The notes beneath the pieces were generated by a model. That model saw nothing but the letters and a program-made list of their open reading frames with translations. It was not told the origin of the DNA and ran no database searches. A DNA stretch of 62,906 nucleotides, filler included, from Perkinsus chesapeaki ATCC PRA-425 (Eukaryota > Protista > Perkinsozoa): assembly GCA_013115145.1 (NCBI GenBank). It is 3 parts of 3 records of this genome, joined end to end, with 100 filler letters (N's around TTAATTAATTAA, not from the genome) between each part and the next. Parts side by side here need not be neighbours in the genome. Positions count along the whole stretch, not along the records: positions 1 to 6,646 come from JAAPAO010001068.1; positions 6,747 to 37,021 come from JAAPAO010000439.1; 1 more part is not named here. One strand, given 5' to 3'. A program made the position numbers and the translations under genes. Of this stretch, positions 1 to 12,337 are shown in pieces (within the stretch, counting starts at the first letter, position 1; every line of letters begins with the position of its first letter).

Positions 1-169
1 ATCTTAGAACCGTTACAGATATGACAGTTTCAGGCGAGCGATATAGAAGTAGCGCTGTCCCTCGGACGGCACACTACCCCTGCGCGCAAAATTGATGAGA
101 GCGAAACAGAGTTACAACCACCCAGCTTAGACCCAGCTAAGACCCTCCTTAGGGCGTCCGAAGTAGAAT

Positions 170-242
170 TGTCGCAACGTGGGATCGAACCAACAACCAT
201 GTGAATGACAACACGACCTTCTATCGGCTAGGCCACAAGACC
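170..242 (-). pseudogene. Degenerate tRNA-like element (tRNA pseudogene or SINE head)
   Basis: Minus strand reads GGTCTTGTGGCCTAGCCGATAGAAGGTC...GTTGGTTCGATCCCACGTTGCGACA. It has A-box-like TGGCCTAGCCG, B-box GGTTCGATCC and D-stem GCCT/AGGT, but acceptor and anticodon stems pair poorly. Confidence 0.35.
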
Positions 243-290
243 GGAAGCCCCGAAATTTTTGATATACAGGCTTGGCATTCAATGATACGT

Positions 291-336
291 TGTAGAGTAG
301 AGTAGTGTAGAGAGTAGAGTATGTATGTAGAGTAGC
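291..336. repeat. Degenerate (GTAGA)n microsatellite
   Basis: tgtagagtagagtagtgtagagagtagagtatgtatgtagagtagc. Confidence 0.5.
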
Positions 337-2708
337 ACAATATCCCGGTTCGTGCGACATGATTTCTAGTATAAATTTTCTACTCAAACCCGCACCGATT
401 GATTGAACGCAACACATGAACACCACTTAAACACACATGACCATAATATGCAATGTGCAAATTCGAGACTTGCTTGCACTCGAGGAGGCGACGGATGAGG
501 AGTTCGTTCAAACTGAATTGGTCGCCGTTTATGATGATGCTGTCAGGGCTGATGCACGGCAAATATATATTAATCGTTAAAATTTTGCATAATCATTTTT
601 TCTGTTAACTCACTAACTCGCGTAGAGTACATCCCGTATTCAGTGGTTGGTGAAGAAAAAAAGAAAAGTAGAAGTCGTATATCGACTAGGATGGCGTGCG
701 CTTAGCTCATGAATTGAGGGCGCGCCTGCTGAGGGAGGTAAGGGCTCACTACTTGAAGGAAGGACCCCTCCCTCCTCCTTAGGAAAAATGTGTTATAAGG
801 TACGGCGCCTTAAGGGAGGAGTGTAAGTAGCTAAGTAGCTGTAAGTAGTTCCTTGAAGGAGCTACTTAAGGAGCTGCTACTATGTTATAGGCCCACTGAT
901 AGGGAGCTCTGGGGATTCCTTACAAGGAGCTCGGCTAATAGCGATTCACCATTTGTTGAATACACGAGTTGGTATCAGGCAGCTTCTGCGCCTTCTTGCA
1001 TACACTCCTTGGCACCGCGAGGAATAGTTGAGCTCATTGAGTATAGGGATTATGGGCTAAGTTGGGACACAATTATTGGATACCCCACTGATCGTTACTC
1101 GTTTATCTAATAATTTCTAATCCTCAATTGTGGATAATGATCATTGCCTCGGTTCAAGACATATCCCAGGTTCGTCCCATTCCGGGTATTAGTAGAAAAA
1201 TCACCTTGAACCGTCGGTCTTTCTTAGGCCGCTCAAGTTAGATTCTCAAGCACAGAAATTCTGTGACAGAATCTTAGGTATTTTCCTCCTTTTTGAATGC
1301 AGTTATGACGACCCGTCACTTGCAAAATAGACTTTATCCTCTACATCGAGTACAGAACGACTGAGTGAAATCTCAAGAGTATCATTTTGGATTTCTACAT
1401 GTATCACGGTGATTCATGGTGATACTATCACCATGACCGACAACGGAAATTGTCAGAAATTTTAGATGATTATGCAGATTGCGCTTACTCGCCGCCTTCC
1501 ACGTCGATGAGTATAGTCATTCCAGTTCTGTCTGTTATGCCGTGAATATGTACACATCATCGACTGCCCGCAACTCAGCAGGGTTCATTATCCTAGCGAG
1601 TGCGCTCTGTCCCCGGAGCCATTTATCGTCACGATTCTTAGAATGATACGCACTGGTTAAGGTCGACAAGATTCTGTACGACGTCCCACTTTGTGAGAGC
1701 GTTCATATGACGCAATAATCGTCATCGCCCGAAACGGAGCCGTTTCGGATTCTCTCTCTCATTCAGTACATCTATTGTATCATCGTATTGATATACATCT
1801 CATCACTACTAATATCACTATCTGCACTATTCTATATCATGGCTGCATCGAGTTCCTCCGGTAACACAGAAGCATTCCTTAGCAAGGCCGCCAGTCATCG
1901 GATCCAACGGAACACAGCAATGACCCGACACTTTCCGACAATTCGAACGCTTCGAGCGTGATCGTTTCATTTGATCCTTTCTAGGTTTCAATTAACTCTG
2001 ATTTCATCAACACAAGAATATGTATAGATTCAACGGACTTCAACTTAGCTGAATTGATAACTGAGTGATTTATCGTGCATCAGTAATGAGGTGACATTCT
2101 TCGACGGCTACACAAATGAACCTTCTCATTTCCCCTCCGCGACCTGCCGTAGTCCCTGGTCGCGACTAGCATACCTGTAACTTGACCATTGACTTGATTT
2201 TTCTCTGGCTTGGAAGGCATGATCATTTGCAGTATAGACTTCCCAGACTCTACACAACACAGTCTATCTCCAACGCTTCGTTTAGCATCTCATGTGGTCA
2301 TCCAAACATGAAATCGTTAAAGTAATGATTGATGTAATAACAACGTCAAATGATATCTACTTATATAATAATAATCACCATCAATCATATGCCATACTTT
2401 ATATAGGCCCATTTTAGCAGGCAAGTTTACTCTGAAAGGGACACTGCATAACTACAGTACCGAAGAATTGCCGGCGGCAGGACACTCATTATTACACTTG
2501 TGAAATCGACCGGAATTCTCCACAAATTCTCTGGAAACGGTGGTAATAAATTTATACCATTCATGTAAAACAAATGTGGAAAAACCGAAACCGGAAAAAT
2601 GAAGTTTCCGAGCACAGCTCGTCACAGGAAAATACAGTATAGCATTATTAATAGCTCTTACAGAGGACTACTATGGCCAGCCTGGCTAAGCCAGGAGTCA
2701 CGACCCGC

Positions 2709-5700
2709 CTACCAGAGAGATTGTCTATGACTTCGTTTGCCCCCTCCATTAGAGCTTTCATCTTCCCCAAGCCAGACAACAATCACAGTAATATCATCAA
2801 CAACATTTCCCTCTTCCTGAATCCATCGCTTCCAAGCTTCCTGAGCCAGCGCCTCCGCGGCAGCCTGGACGCTCTCCGCGGTGTACCGGGCTGAGCCAAG
2901 ATTTCGAAACGCGAAAACTCGAGCCATGATTACAGAGAATATCGACCGCTTTCTGGCTGGTAATAAATTCCCAGACGCCATCGCTGCATAACACGACGAA
3001 TCGATCGCGCGTCCGATCGATACGCCTAAACAACTCATTCTGTGAGTTCGAAAAATGGCCCTACCTGGTCCGAATTTCTGGCTCGTACGAGACGCCAGCG
3101 CTGACGCCCACAGTATCACCCAGAGACCGTGACATTGCCAGACCAGGATAAAGCTTGCCTGTCACGAACTCCTACGCAGTAACTAATTTGTAATTTACCT
3201 TTCAAGAAGACCCTGTAGGGAATGTCTCCTTCGAGCTTGCGAACCTGACAGCGAGGATGCTCGGAGATAATCGGATTCCGTGTTAGGAGCCCAAAGAACT
3301 GAATGTATATTTCTACATTTATATTTTTTCCAGGCTTTCCGAGAGCAGCTCTTGGCTCATATCCATTCCAAGAGTTTTGACATGACGGACCGAGTCTCAC
3401 AATTCTTACAATTACGATTACAATTTTTCCCAAAACATTTATAATTTCCCCCTATTCCAACCCAGATGTAGTTTGTCAACAAAACCAATCTTCATCGACC
3501 CCCACCTGTCCTCCTTGGGCAACAATTCGTTTTTTCTCGTCCTCACGTTCGGGCTTGTGATCTCGCGAAAGATCTTCAGCCACGACCTTTCCATCGCTCT
3601 GAAGTGGCACTCATCGAGAATTTCGTGAAAACAGTAGGCACCGAGACGGATACTTGTAATTGTTCTTCAATTCAATAATTACTCAGGCTACAATCTTTCT
3701 CGATGAACCCTACAGTGAGAGCCGCGTTTTCATTGTCGGTGCTGTACCAGCAATATACTGCGATTTAATTACAGTATAGGTATTAAAACCTCTCAGTTCG
3801 AGCTGCACATAGCATGGATGGTCTAACCAAGTCCTATTTGAAGTTGAACTATGAACCCTTACACATTGTTATAACTGCCAGTTGGACATTCAAGGCTTGA
3901 ATGTCCAAGAGCTTGAATTTTCAAGCACAGTCTGGTCAGGACAGAAAAGCTCGAAATTGGCCCAAGTTACCTGTGAGTTAGAATTTCTCTCCTATCAATT
4001 ATGGCTTCAGATTTCTCATCAATCGTGTACAAAACTCAATACGAAGTATATCTCTTCGAAAATGATAGAAAAATATTTCTAGAAATTTATAAAGTTGAGA
4101 AGGTATAAAACAGTCCAAGACGGAATCCGTTTATCCAGGAAGACACGCATTGAAAAAATGCACAACTTCCGATCCGTGTTTTCTTAATTTTTCCTATCCC
4201 CAACCACCAAGCCCAACGGTCGTCGAAAAGTGCCTCCTGGCGAGTAGTGCCTCACACTCATGGGTGCTTACTTGCCGCAAATAAACATAAAATCAAAGCG
4301 TGATGATCAACATAATAAAAAATAAAAAATATAAATAACATTTCAGAGTCTGAATTTCTTAATTTATTGGTCTGAAATTCAGACCATTTATATACCCGGT
4401 TATACACAGGTTTACCCTGACGATCTAAATTATATAATTTCACCAGACTCACTTTTGTCGTGCCAATAACGGCTCGGGAATCTCCAACCCATGCACAGTA
4501 TATTGTACCATTTCTGGTCATAACAACCGTTGCTGTGGTCCCAGATAAGGAACAGTCGAACTTCCCTTTGGCATTGGCTTGCTCACAGAGCACTGAAAAA
4601 AGAAGAGACAACTAGTTGGAGTTTTCAAGGAAAATTGTCAATTTAGTAACAGAAGACAGCTAAGAATGTAGTAAACATCATAATAGGAAAAATATTTTTC
4701 CGAAATTATTTTAAAATAAATTAAGCATCGCATTATCGGGGGAAGGTCCCCCTTAGCTCCACGTGCGAGAGTAATAGCAGCACATTGATGCTAGTTCTGA
4801 ATATTGGATCGTATAACCTAAATTCGCGCTATCCAGAAGCCTCTCGTAACTAGTGGACTCCTAACACACTCCCAAAGAGAGTTAATTAGAAAAAATTACT
4901 TATAAATAAGCTATACTATACCTATCAGTCCGATTTCTTCAATTTTTTTCTATCTGATAACATCAGATAGAGGAAAAAATTCTTCTTATTATATCGTATT
5001 ATTTCAAGTCTCAATTTCATGTCATGTTACAGTATATTGCCTTAGCCCAACACTTCTGGATTTCCACCTTGTTGTCATGAGACTTCCTAGCTCCATTGAG
5101 TTCTATATTGCATACTGTGTATATATCAGATGATTGAAACATGAATTCAGCGTCATAGGAATCAAGAGAATTCTACTCAGCTATTTGAAAGACTTCAGAC
5201 GCGTCACAAAAATCAACCCTCTTCAATCGAAAATTGTACATTTGAGAGGCGGTCGACGAGCGTACGAAAGCGTTCCTTATTTACAGAAGGGGCAACTTCG
5301 CCACACACCAACCCATAAGGCAAGAGCTCGAAATGAATCCACGTGAAGCAGCAGCTTACTATGTGTGTCTTGAAACGCTCGAGTGAATGCCTTCTCCGGT
5401 TGGGTGTAGAAGGCGTCATCTTTAACCAGTAACTGAACCAGTAACTGAACATGATAATCGAGAAGCACTCCTAGCAAACTGATAAGCCGTACGAACTAAT
5501 ATCACAACAGATCGGTACGAATATAATAACTTATATCATTTGTATATAAACCTAGACCAACTAATTTCATGATACCACGATTAATAGGCCAACTGTAAGG
5601 TAACCCATACGGGTTAGATAATGTACACACTCTCACACACGTCGACGACAGTCCCAACGCATCACCGGGTTCAGAGCGATAATAAGACTCGTATCAGAAA

Positions 5701-6538
5701 GACGAGGGCACCTCGACGCCCAATGCGAACCTTGCCCATGTTACACCAGGCAGAGCGTCATGGCAGAAACTTGATATATCGTGACCGTAGGGGCCGTGAC
5801 CATCGAACACACCAAACCTGAGCAAAGAAAATGCAAGCCATCGATGACATTCGGTGGACTACACGCCCCAGTCATCAATGCCTATGACGAAGAAATCGTC
5901 TTGATTCGGGCTTTCCGGCTTAAGGCCCTTCTTACAGGCGTAACCAACCCGATACTCCTTTATATCGGAGCCACCCAAAGCTTCAATGTTCTTATTCTGA
6001 AAAAGAAAAAGATATTATTCAAAAAATGCTAAGTGCTGATGGGAATACGTCAAAGCCTTTCTGGTTGGTGTCGGCCGGCTTGCCACTCAGAGAGAATCTT
6101 CGGGTCGAGTCGGGGAACAAGTCGATGATGTTACTTCTGGTAGCTTGTCGAACCAAACCTGAAGAGGAAAGAGCTTCCAAAAAGATAAACAGGTTCAACT
6201 GTGTTGGAATAATTAATAAAATAGTAAGCACGCTACATTATCGGATCTGCAGGTAGTGTCTGCCTGCTTATTATCATTTGCACTGTTACAGTGCAAATGA
6301 TTGTTTTCTGGCTTATATTAATCCTCTTAATGTAAACGATATATCGATTATAGATATCATATATACATTTATACATAATTAGTAGTAACATTAGATCCTT
6401 CACCGTACCTCGTCGAGCGCTCGATGCCTCCGGATTCACTACAGCGTCAGACTGGCTCAGTGAAAGTCTCCGTCTCTGCGAGTTAACGCTTTTACTGCCA
6501 CTCGGGCCGCCGCCAGATGAAGAGAAGCAAACACCCAT
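2709..6538 (-). CDS. PP2C/PPM-family Ser/Thr protein phosphatase, multi-exon, N-terminal MGVCFS acylation motif
   Basis: Spliced exons give GYACKKGLKPESPNQDDF, FGVFDGHGPYGHDIS, CSLSGTTATVV, AWVGDSRAV, LSRDHKPE, GLAMSRSLGD, VLCSDGVWEF and VDDITVIVV, i.e. all PP2C metal-binding motifs. ATG at 6538. Confidence 0.92.
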
Positions 6539-6646
6539 AATGTACTTGGACGAATTAAATGCTGAATTATTCTGGGTGCCCCTGAAATCATCACTAAATA
6601 TCTGACAATGGAACTACGTAGTATACATGCAACTGCATGAATAGCT

Positions 6647-6746
6647 NNNNNNNNNNNNNNNNNNNNNNNNNNNNNNNNNNNNNNNNNNNNTTAATTAATT
6701 AANNNNNNNNNNNNNNNNNNNNNNNNNNNNNNNNNNNNNNNNNNNN
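6647..6746. other. Artificial assembly spacer N44-TTAATTAATTAA-N44
   Basis: Exactly 100 nt; the core has stop codons in all six frames; identical copy at 37022-37121. Confidence 0.95.
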
Positions 6747-7049
6747 TTGTCCCGGTTGGGCCAGGGTTGCTTCCACAACCGCTGAACAGCATCACGGTTA
6801 AGGCCATAAAGCCAACACACATGGACAAGCTTATCATGACTAGGGGGAAACTGGAAAGTTATACACTACGAGATATGAGGATAGAGCGTCCAAGGAGGAT
6901 TAGGCGTACAACTACTAGATCCGCGAAGATGGATCTCATGAGATTTCCAGGGCCCTTGTAGCAGCGTGCTAAGAAATACCTCCGTCAGTAGCTTCCCACA
7001 GGCGTAGAGGCTCCTTATGGAAGACTCTTCGATGCAACGTGACAAGTCC

Positions 7050-7108
7050 CATGCGTTGAGTACAAAACCAAAGCATTGCGGGTGGGTAAACTCCATAGAG
7101 CCCTTCGT
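7050..7108. repeat. Dispersed repeat, copy 1
   Basis: catgcgttgagtacaaaaccaaagcattgcgggtgggtaaactccatagagcccttcgt aligns with 8353-8456. Confidence 0.6.
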
Positions 7109-8352
7109 ATTGGAGCTTTGAATCGAAAAATAGAATCTGTGCGGGTCACGTTATGGACAATGTCGATTGGAAATCTGAAATGAACGCATCCATTTCATTT
7201 TCCAACTCCACAAGAATTGTATATGCGAGACACGACGTGTATTGGAACAAAATATGAAGCTTAGATTGCAAACAAGTCTGCCCTCGGTCAAACACGCATG
7301 CGCATCTTGGCTGTCACGTAATTTTATCGATTTTGTGTCTCCTGCAGGAGCACGCAAACGATACGCCGTTCTTCAACATCTCAGATTTACATCTGGAATC
7401 TCACATAGGCTATGTGACATAGCCAGCTTTTGATGCTCTCTAATGGTTGCCATCACAAACCCAAGGCGCTTTCCCGCGAAGACATTGACCGGAAAGCATT
7501 GCATCCAGAGCGTCCATAGCACAGACAAATCTCCCCCTGTTCAAAGGGACTCCGGCCTCAAGTTGAGGCCCTCTCATTTCTGCCTTGATCGAGGAGTTCC
7601 GGACTCGTTTCCCCCTCCGCTATTCCAACATGTGTCTCGAGATTCGATAATCGCCATGTGACAGAGATATGAAGCTACAGATGAGGCCGACCCAAGTTAG
7701 TCTATACCCCCTAACATAACGTGTCACCAAGCGAAAGTGACCATAGCGATTCTCTATTATGACTCCTAATCGAGAAATTTCCGCGGGAACAAAGATTCGA
7801 TTCCGGTTAAATTCACGATCCTGTTACTTTTTATCGATTGTACGGCCCGAAAACTTGTGGCAGCAGGATACCACGGAGTGTATGGTGTCATCGAACGAAA
7901 TCTACCATCGCTGAGTGATGGTAAGCAGAGAGCAAAGAGGAATGGGGCCCGTAGAGGCTTAATCATTCACTAAACACTCCCAAACCCGAAGACTGAAGCA
8001 CCGGAAGACAATGCCCACAGAACGCGCAATATATCATTCTACACACAAGCCACGCCCAAATTTATATCCGACATATATACTGTCATATGAGAGTAGTAAT
8101 AAGGCGTCACTGCCAGTAACGCAGTGGAATCTCCCCTTCATCTAGGAGAGCTTTCGAATCCGGTTTTGCACAACTTTTAGGGACGCCAAGATTGGCGCGT
8201 GGCGCCAATATAGTAGCTGGCGGCTACAGCGATAGCGACAAAGTAGTCGCGAAGGCGAATCTCGTGATATTTTCCGGTTACTACGAGACGCCACTGTCGG
8301 TAGTTCCTTCGAATTAAAGGAACTTCGAATTAAACGTAAGCTCGACGAAACT

Positions 8353-8456
8353 CATGCGTCAAGTACCAACACAAAGCATTGTAGGTGGTAACACAGTTCA
8401 CGACTGGCGGCGTAAGAGCAATCCCGAGCTGCTTGAAACTCCATAAAGCCCTTCGT
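8353..8456. repeat. Dispersed repeat, copy 2, with ~45-nt internal insertion
   Basis: catgcgtcaagtaccaacacaaagcattgtaggtggtaa-[insert]-aactccataaagcccttcgt. Confidence 0.6.
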
Positions 8457-9080
8457 CACGAATTATCTTCAGTACCTAAGGAGGTTGAATGGGAGCTCAT
8501 ATTATACGCCCTGAGATCATGGCTGTGTCCCTGCTGCTCTACGACCTGATTATACCAAGTCAATGATAGGGAACTTTAAAGTTCAAAGGCATATGCCATT
8601 GAGAGCTCATGGTAGCAGAGCCTCCTCACCCGCATTGGGCCACTTCCCTCGTAACTAGTGACCTGTGTTACTCCATATCGGGCCGCGAAATGGGGAAGTT
8701 TCGCTTCGAGGTGACCAACTTACATTTCGAGCTTGACCGCGTCGGACTTCGAGTTGAATTATCCTCCAGAGAGGATGGTTGGAAAAACCATTGATGACTG
8801 GTTTGTACTGGTAACTTGCCACTTGCAAGTTTTGGCAGAGAGTCTCACACTTTCTTCCGTTAACTCGTGCTCTTCTACTAGTGTGGGTAGCTCTGTTTTG
8901 TGACATCTGCACCCTTATCAGTGCCACCCCGACAAAGTTTTAGTGCCCCTGTATCGCACTGCATGCCACGGATAGTCAGAGCCTCTGACTCAGACGCCGG
9001 CACGACAGATGATGTGCACATCATCCGGCTGGTGCGTCTTGGTGCAACGCACAGTTCCCAACATTCCCTGTATTGCCTAC

Positions 9081-9840
9081 CTCTTTAGGGACGATAGACG
9101 CCGCCCCAAGCCAGCCCAGTTCTTTCAATCGATTGCGCGCCGCGGTGCTGCTGATGTCAGTTGTTAGGAGCGGCTTGTGAACTGTTACATGGTCAGCGAC
9201 CCGCATGTATTTCAATCCAGCCGGCCACTCACATTCAGGATTAGAGTCCGGCCTAAAGACCACATAAATCAATAACCGTCCGCCTCGGCGGCATCCACTC
9301 ACCGCGGGAGCACGATGAACTCGTTCTCCGCTATAAGCTCATCACCGTGGTCCCAGTCCGGCAACGTAGGGGGTAGATCACTGCCAATGACAAATCGGAA
9401 TTTGATGCCCGGGTATGCTTCGCGGAGGCGGCGCATGAGAAAAACAGTGGGAATGAAGGAACCATTGGACACCTGCAAATTGGACACCTCCAACCAGGCT
9501 ACCCGTTTCCGCCGATCACCTCGATGTCGCAGCACTTGACTGGGAACTCATCTGGCAGTACGGCTCGTATGGCGATCTCGGTCATCCTGAGACGAGTGGG
9601 CGCGTCGACTCGTGTGTTCTTATCGGGCCTGTTGCCGCATGGGACCACCCACGCCTCATCCGCGCAACCAAGTTGGACGACCTATCCAACAAAGTAAACA
9701 GGAAAAGCCTACCGATAACGTACTTGTGAGGCGACCATGATGTGGGCTAAAGTGGGAGGGTCGAAGGAGCCTCCAATTATCGCTACGATCTTATGGCCGT
9801 CCGACGGTCCCGCTTCGCCTGGGTTCCCAGAGGGAGGCAT
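9081..9840 (-). CDS. nadD: Nicotinate/nicotinamide mononucleotide adenylyltransferase (NadD-like); 3' end unresolved
   Basis: Exons 9840-9724, 9681-9520, 9472-9303, 9252-9081 give VAIIGGSFDPPTLAHIMV, EAWVVPCGNRPDK, FRFVIGSDL..LPDWDHGDEL, FIVLPR and DISSTAARNRL, the cytidylyltransferase-like fold motifs. Confidence 0.85.
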
Positions 9841-10160
9841 GTTACGTGACGAAGGTGGTCTAGATCCTACACGCTCCGAAAATTTGAACGCTCCATGGTA
9901 AGTTGAGATTACGCAATGCCTTCGTAAATATGAAACGCTAAATAGAAATGATTTGAGATACCATCCACTCGATTATAGATCAGACCAGGCAGGATATCTC
10001 ATGAAGCAGCACCCCAACAAACCTGGTTGATTCGCATACATGGCAACAAGCTGATCGAAATTATAACGACTATTATCATTAGGATGCTTCATGAACAAAG
10101 CGTCTTCAAAAGATAACCAATAAAAATGTTAACAACTAGAGGCTGTGTTCTTACTCCATG

Positions 10161-12337
10161 TTAGCCCTGAACTGTGGGGCCACCGCCACGCACGGTGGAA
10201 CAGAGAACGACCCAGGCAAAAAACGTAATGGTTAAAGTTACCAGAACAGCTGTGAAAATGGCCCTAGTAGGTGCACTGTATCGACTGCTCGAAACGGCTA
10301 AACCGTCCTGAGGCATTGTGGTAGCTGGGACCGGCGTGATGCCGAAGACCCATCTCGTGAGCAGGCGTCCCACGCCATCCCGAATCCACTGGAGGAAAGA
10401 ACACTCATTACGCTAAGAAGGCCTATTCACCTCCGGAAAGAAGCTCATCAAATACAATAGCTTGCAGTCCAGCCCCACACGGTAACGGTACCTGCCAGCG
10501 CACTGCAAGACGATCGCGGCGAACGCTCAGAGATCACTTTGGATGAGGGTTTAAAAGAGCATGCTCCATCGCTATCGGAACCATCGAGCGGTCCCTGTTG
10601 GCCAGAACGCCGTTTAAACCTTCAGTTAGAATTTCCTCCACCGACTTCATATACCCCTCCCCTGACAATCAGTGCACTTTGCCTCGACAGGAGTACATAT
10701 CCTCAGCGCATACCGTAGGCGTCCCGGATTTCTTTCGGCAATTCCTCGTACTTCTTCGTTATAGCCTCTTTGAAAATCGCCCCGTCTGTGTACAGCCCTG
10801 TCGTAGGGAAGATCCTACAAACACAGTCCAATCCATGGCGGCAAAGTGGACCCTCTGTGCGTGGTCATAGGCACTCGGTGTCACCAAAGAGACCCAAATT
10901 TCACAGAATCTGCCGTGATTCCCACCCTCCCTCCAGTCCCACGCGGCGAATTTACCAATACGATTTGGAATAATTCATCCCAAGCTCATCCCAAGCAAAT
11001 CCCAAGCTCATCCCAAGCAAATCCCAAGCAAATCCCAAGCAAATCCCAAGCAAATCCCAAGCAAATCCCAAGCAAATCTCAAGCTCCGGAAGCCCAGCAG
11101 GGATTGCTATGCACCAATGATAGTTACCCAGGCTCAATGACATGGACCGTGATGCCCCACGGTGCAAGATCCTGCCTTATAGAATCACTGTAGCCCTCAA
11201 CGGCATGCTTGGTGGCGACATACGTTCCAACTGATACAGAGGGACTGGAAGCCCGTAAGCCTTCTGGACACTCACCAAGGGGGAACGCGAAGTGTCCAAC
11301 GACACTGGCAACGTTGACGATTCGGCCTCTAGCCGGCCTCAACAAACATAGAACCGACTTCGTCACGCTCGACATGCCGACCACATTCACATCCAGCATC
11401 TTGCGGAACAGCGCCGTTGAACTCTAGAGAGGTCATTTCGCGTCGGTCGAAGGTCCAAAGCACTACCCATTCCGCAGGGCCCGCATCAAGCAATATGCCT
11501 GCGTTGTTAACAACTCCATCCAGACGATCGGTGGCCGCTTCAATCGCCTCCGCCGCCTTACGGACACTTTCTTCATCGGTGACATCCAGCTGCACCGCTA
11601 CCACACAACCCTTCTCAGAACCTTAACGACACAGCTCGGACTACTAGAGCAACACGGAAATAAAAAAAGGAAAGGCTACAAGTGGCCCTACGAGAATGAA
11701 AATAGGGAGATGGGCTGCAGGGGGAGATTAAGTTGCTGCAGTAGCTCAATTCCGGCTGTCAAGTTTCGGGTACTCCTTCCCCGTAGCAAGTGGGCAATCT
11801 GTGGGGCTTTCGCTTCCGTGACTGACTGTCAGACTTTCATTCACATTTTCTTAGGAGACATAGTCGAAGAGGAGCCACTTGGAGTGAACTCCCAATCTCC
11901 CGCCCCGATTCCGAGGGCGCGCGGGAAATCCTTCCATGGATACTACTTTTGGGAAATTCCTCATTCATCTCCGCTACGGTCTTCTCTAGCAGGCAGCCGG
12001 CGAAGACGCGATGTCCTCTCCCGTATAGTCTGGCGACTAAATCTCGCCCAAACCCACTGTCGCACCTGCCCGGACAGTTCCACTACTTTGCACAGGCTAC
12101 TGTAGTGGTACCCTGTCACATAGAAGTTGAGCATTTGGCAATAGGAAATGGACACTAAAACAGGAACGATCGCCGAATATGAAAGTGCTCTATGGTAGCA
12201 AAAGCTGCTATCCAATGCACTCTGACACAATCTCGTTGGCTTTCACTAAACTGGACGGAATTCAAACGAGTGATCTCAGCTGCGACTAAGAATGCTATAT
12301 AGACATATAAAGGTGTAATGATGCCATGTTTGTACAT
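10161..12337 (-). CDS. Short-chain dehydrogenase/reductase (retinol/BDH1-like) with C-terminal TM helix; start approximate
   Basis: Spliced exons: FYVTG|CDSGFGRDL (TGxxxGxG), QLDVT, VNNAGI, GRIVNVAS, YVATKHAVEGYSD (YxxxK), VHVIEPG, and hydrophobic tail AIFTAVLVTLTITFFAWVVL. Confidence 0.85.
10977..11086. repeat. Minisatellite, 10 x 11-bp unit ATCCCAAGC(AA/TC), inside SDR intron 10815-11127
   Basis: Direct reading of the tandem units. Confidence 0.9.

Noticed and set aside
760-1110. CCTT/AAGG- and TAAGTAG-rich tract with an 85-aa ORF, as a possible retroelement relic
   Set aside because: No recognisable gag/RT/integrase motif, LTR or TSD.
2892-2905. Partial spliced-leader-like matches (e.g. 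atcttggctcag on the minus strand; also near 36710 and 46586)
   Set aside because: Only 8-12 nt of the 21-22-nt SL match; the best one is simply a PP2C intron acceptor.
10846-11193. ORFs with QANPKQIPSK and AWDLLG repeats
   Set aside because: Translations of the intronic 11-bp minisatellite, not protein repeats.
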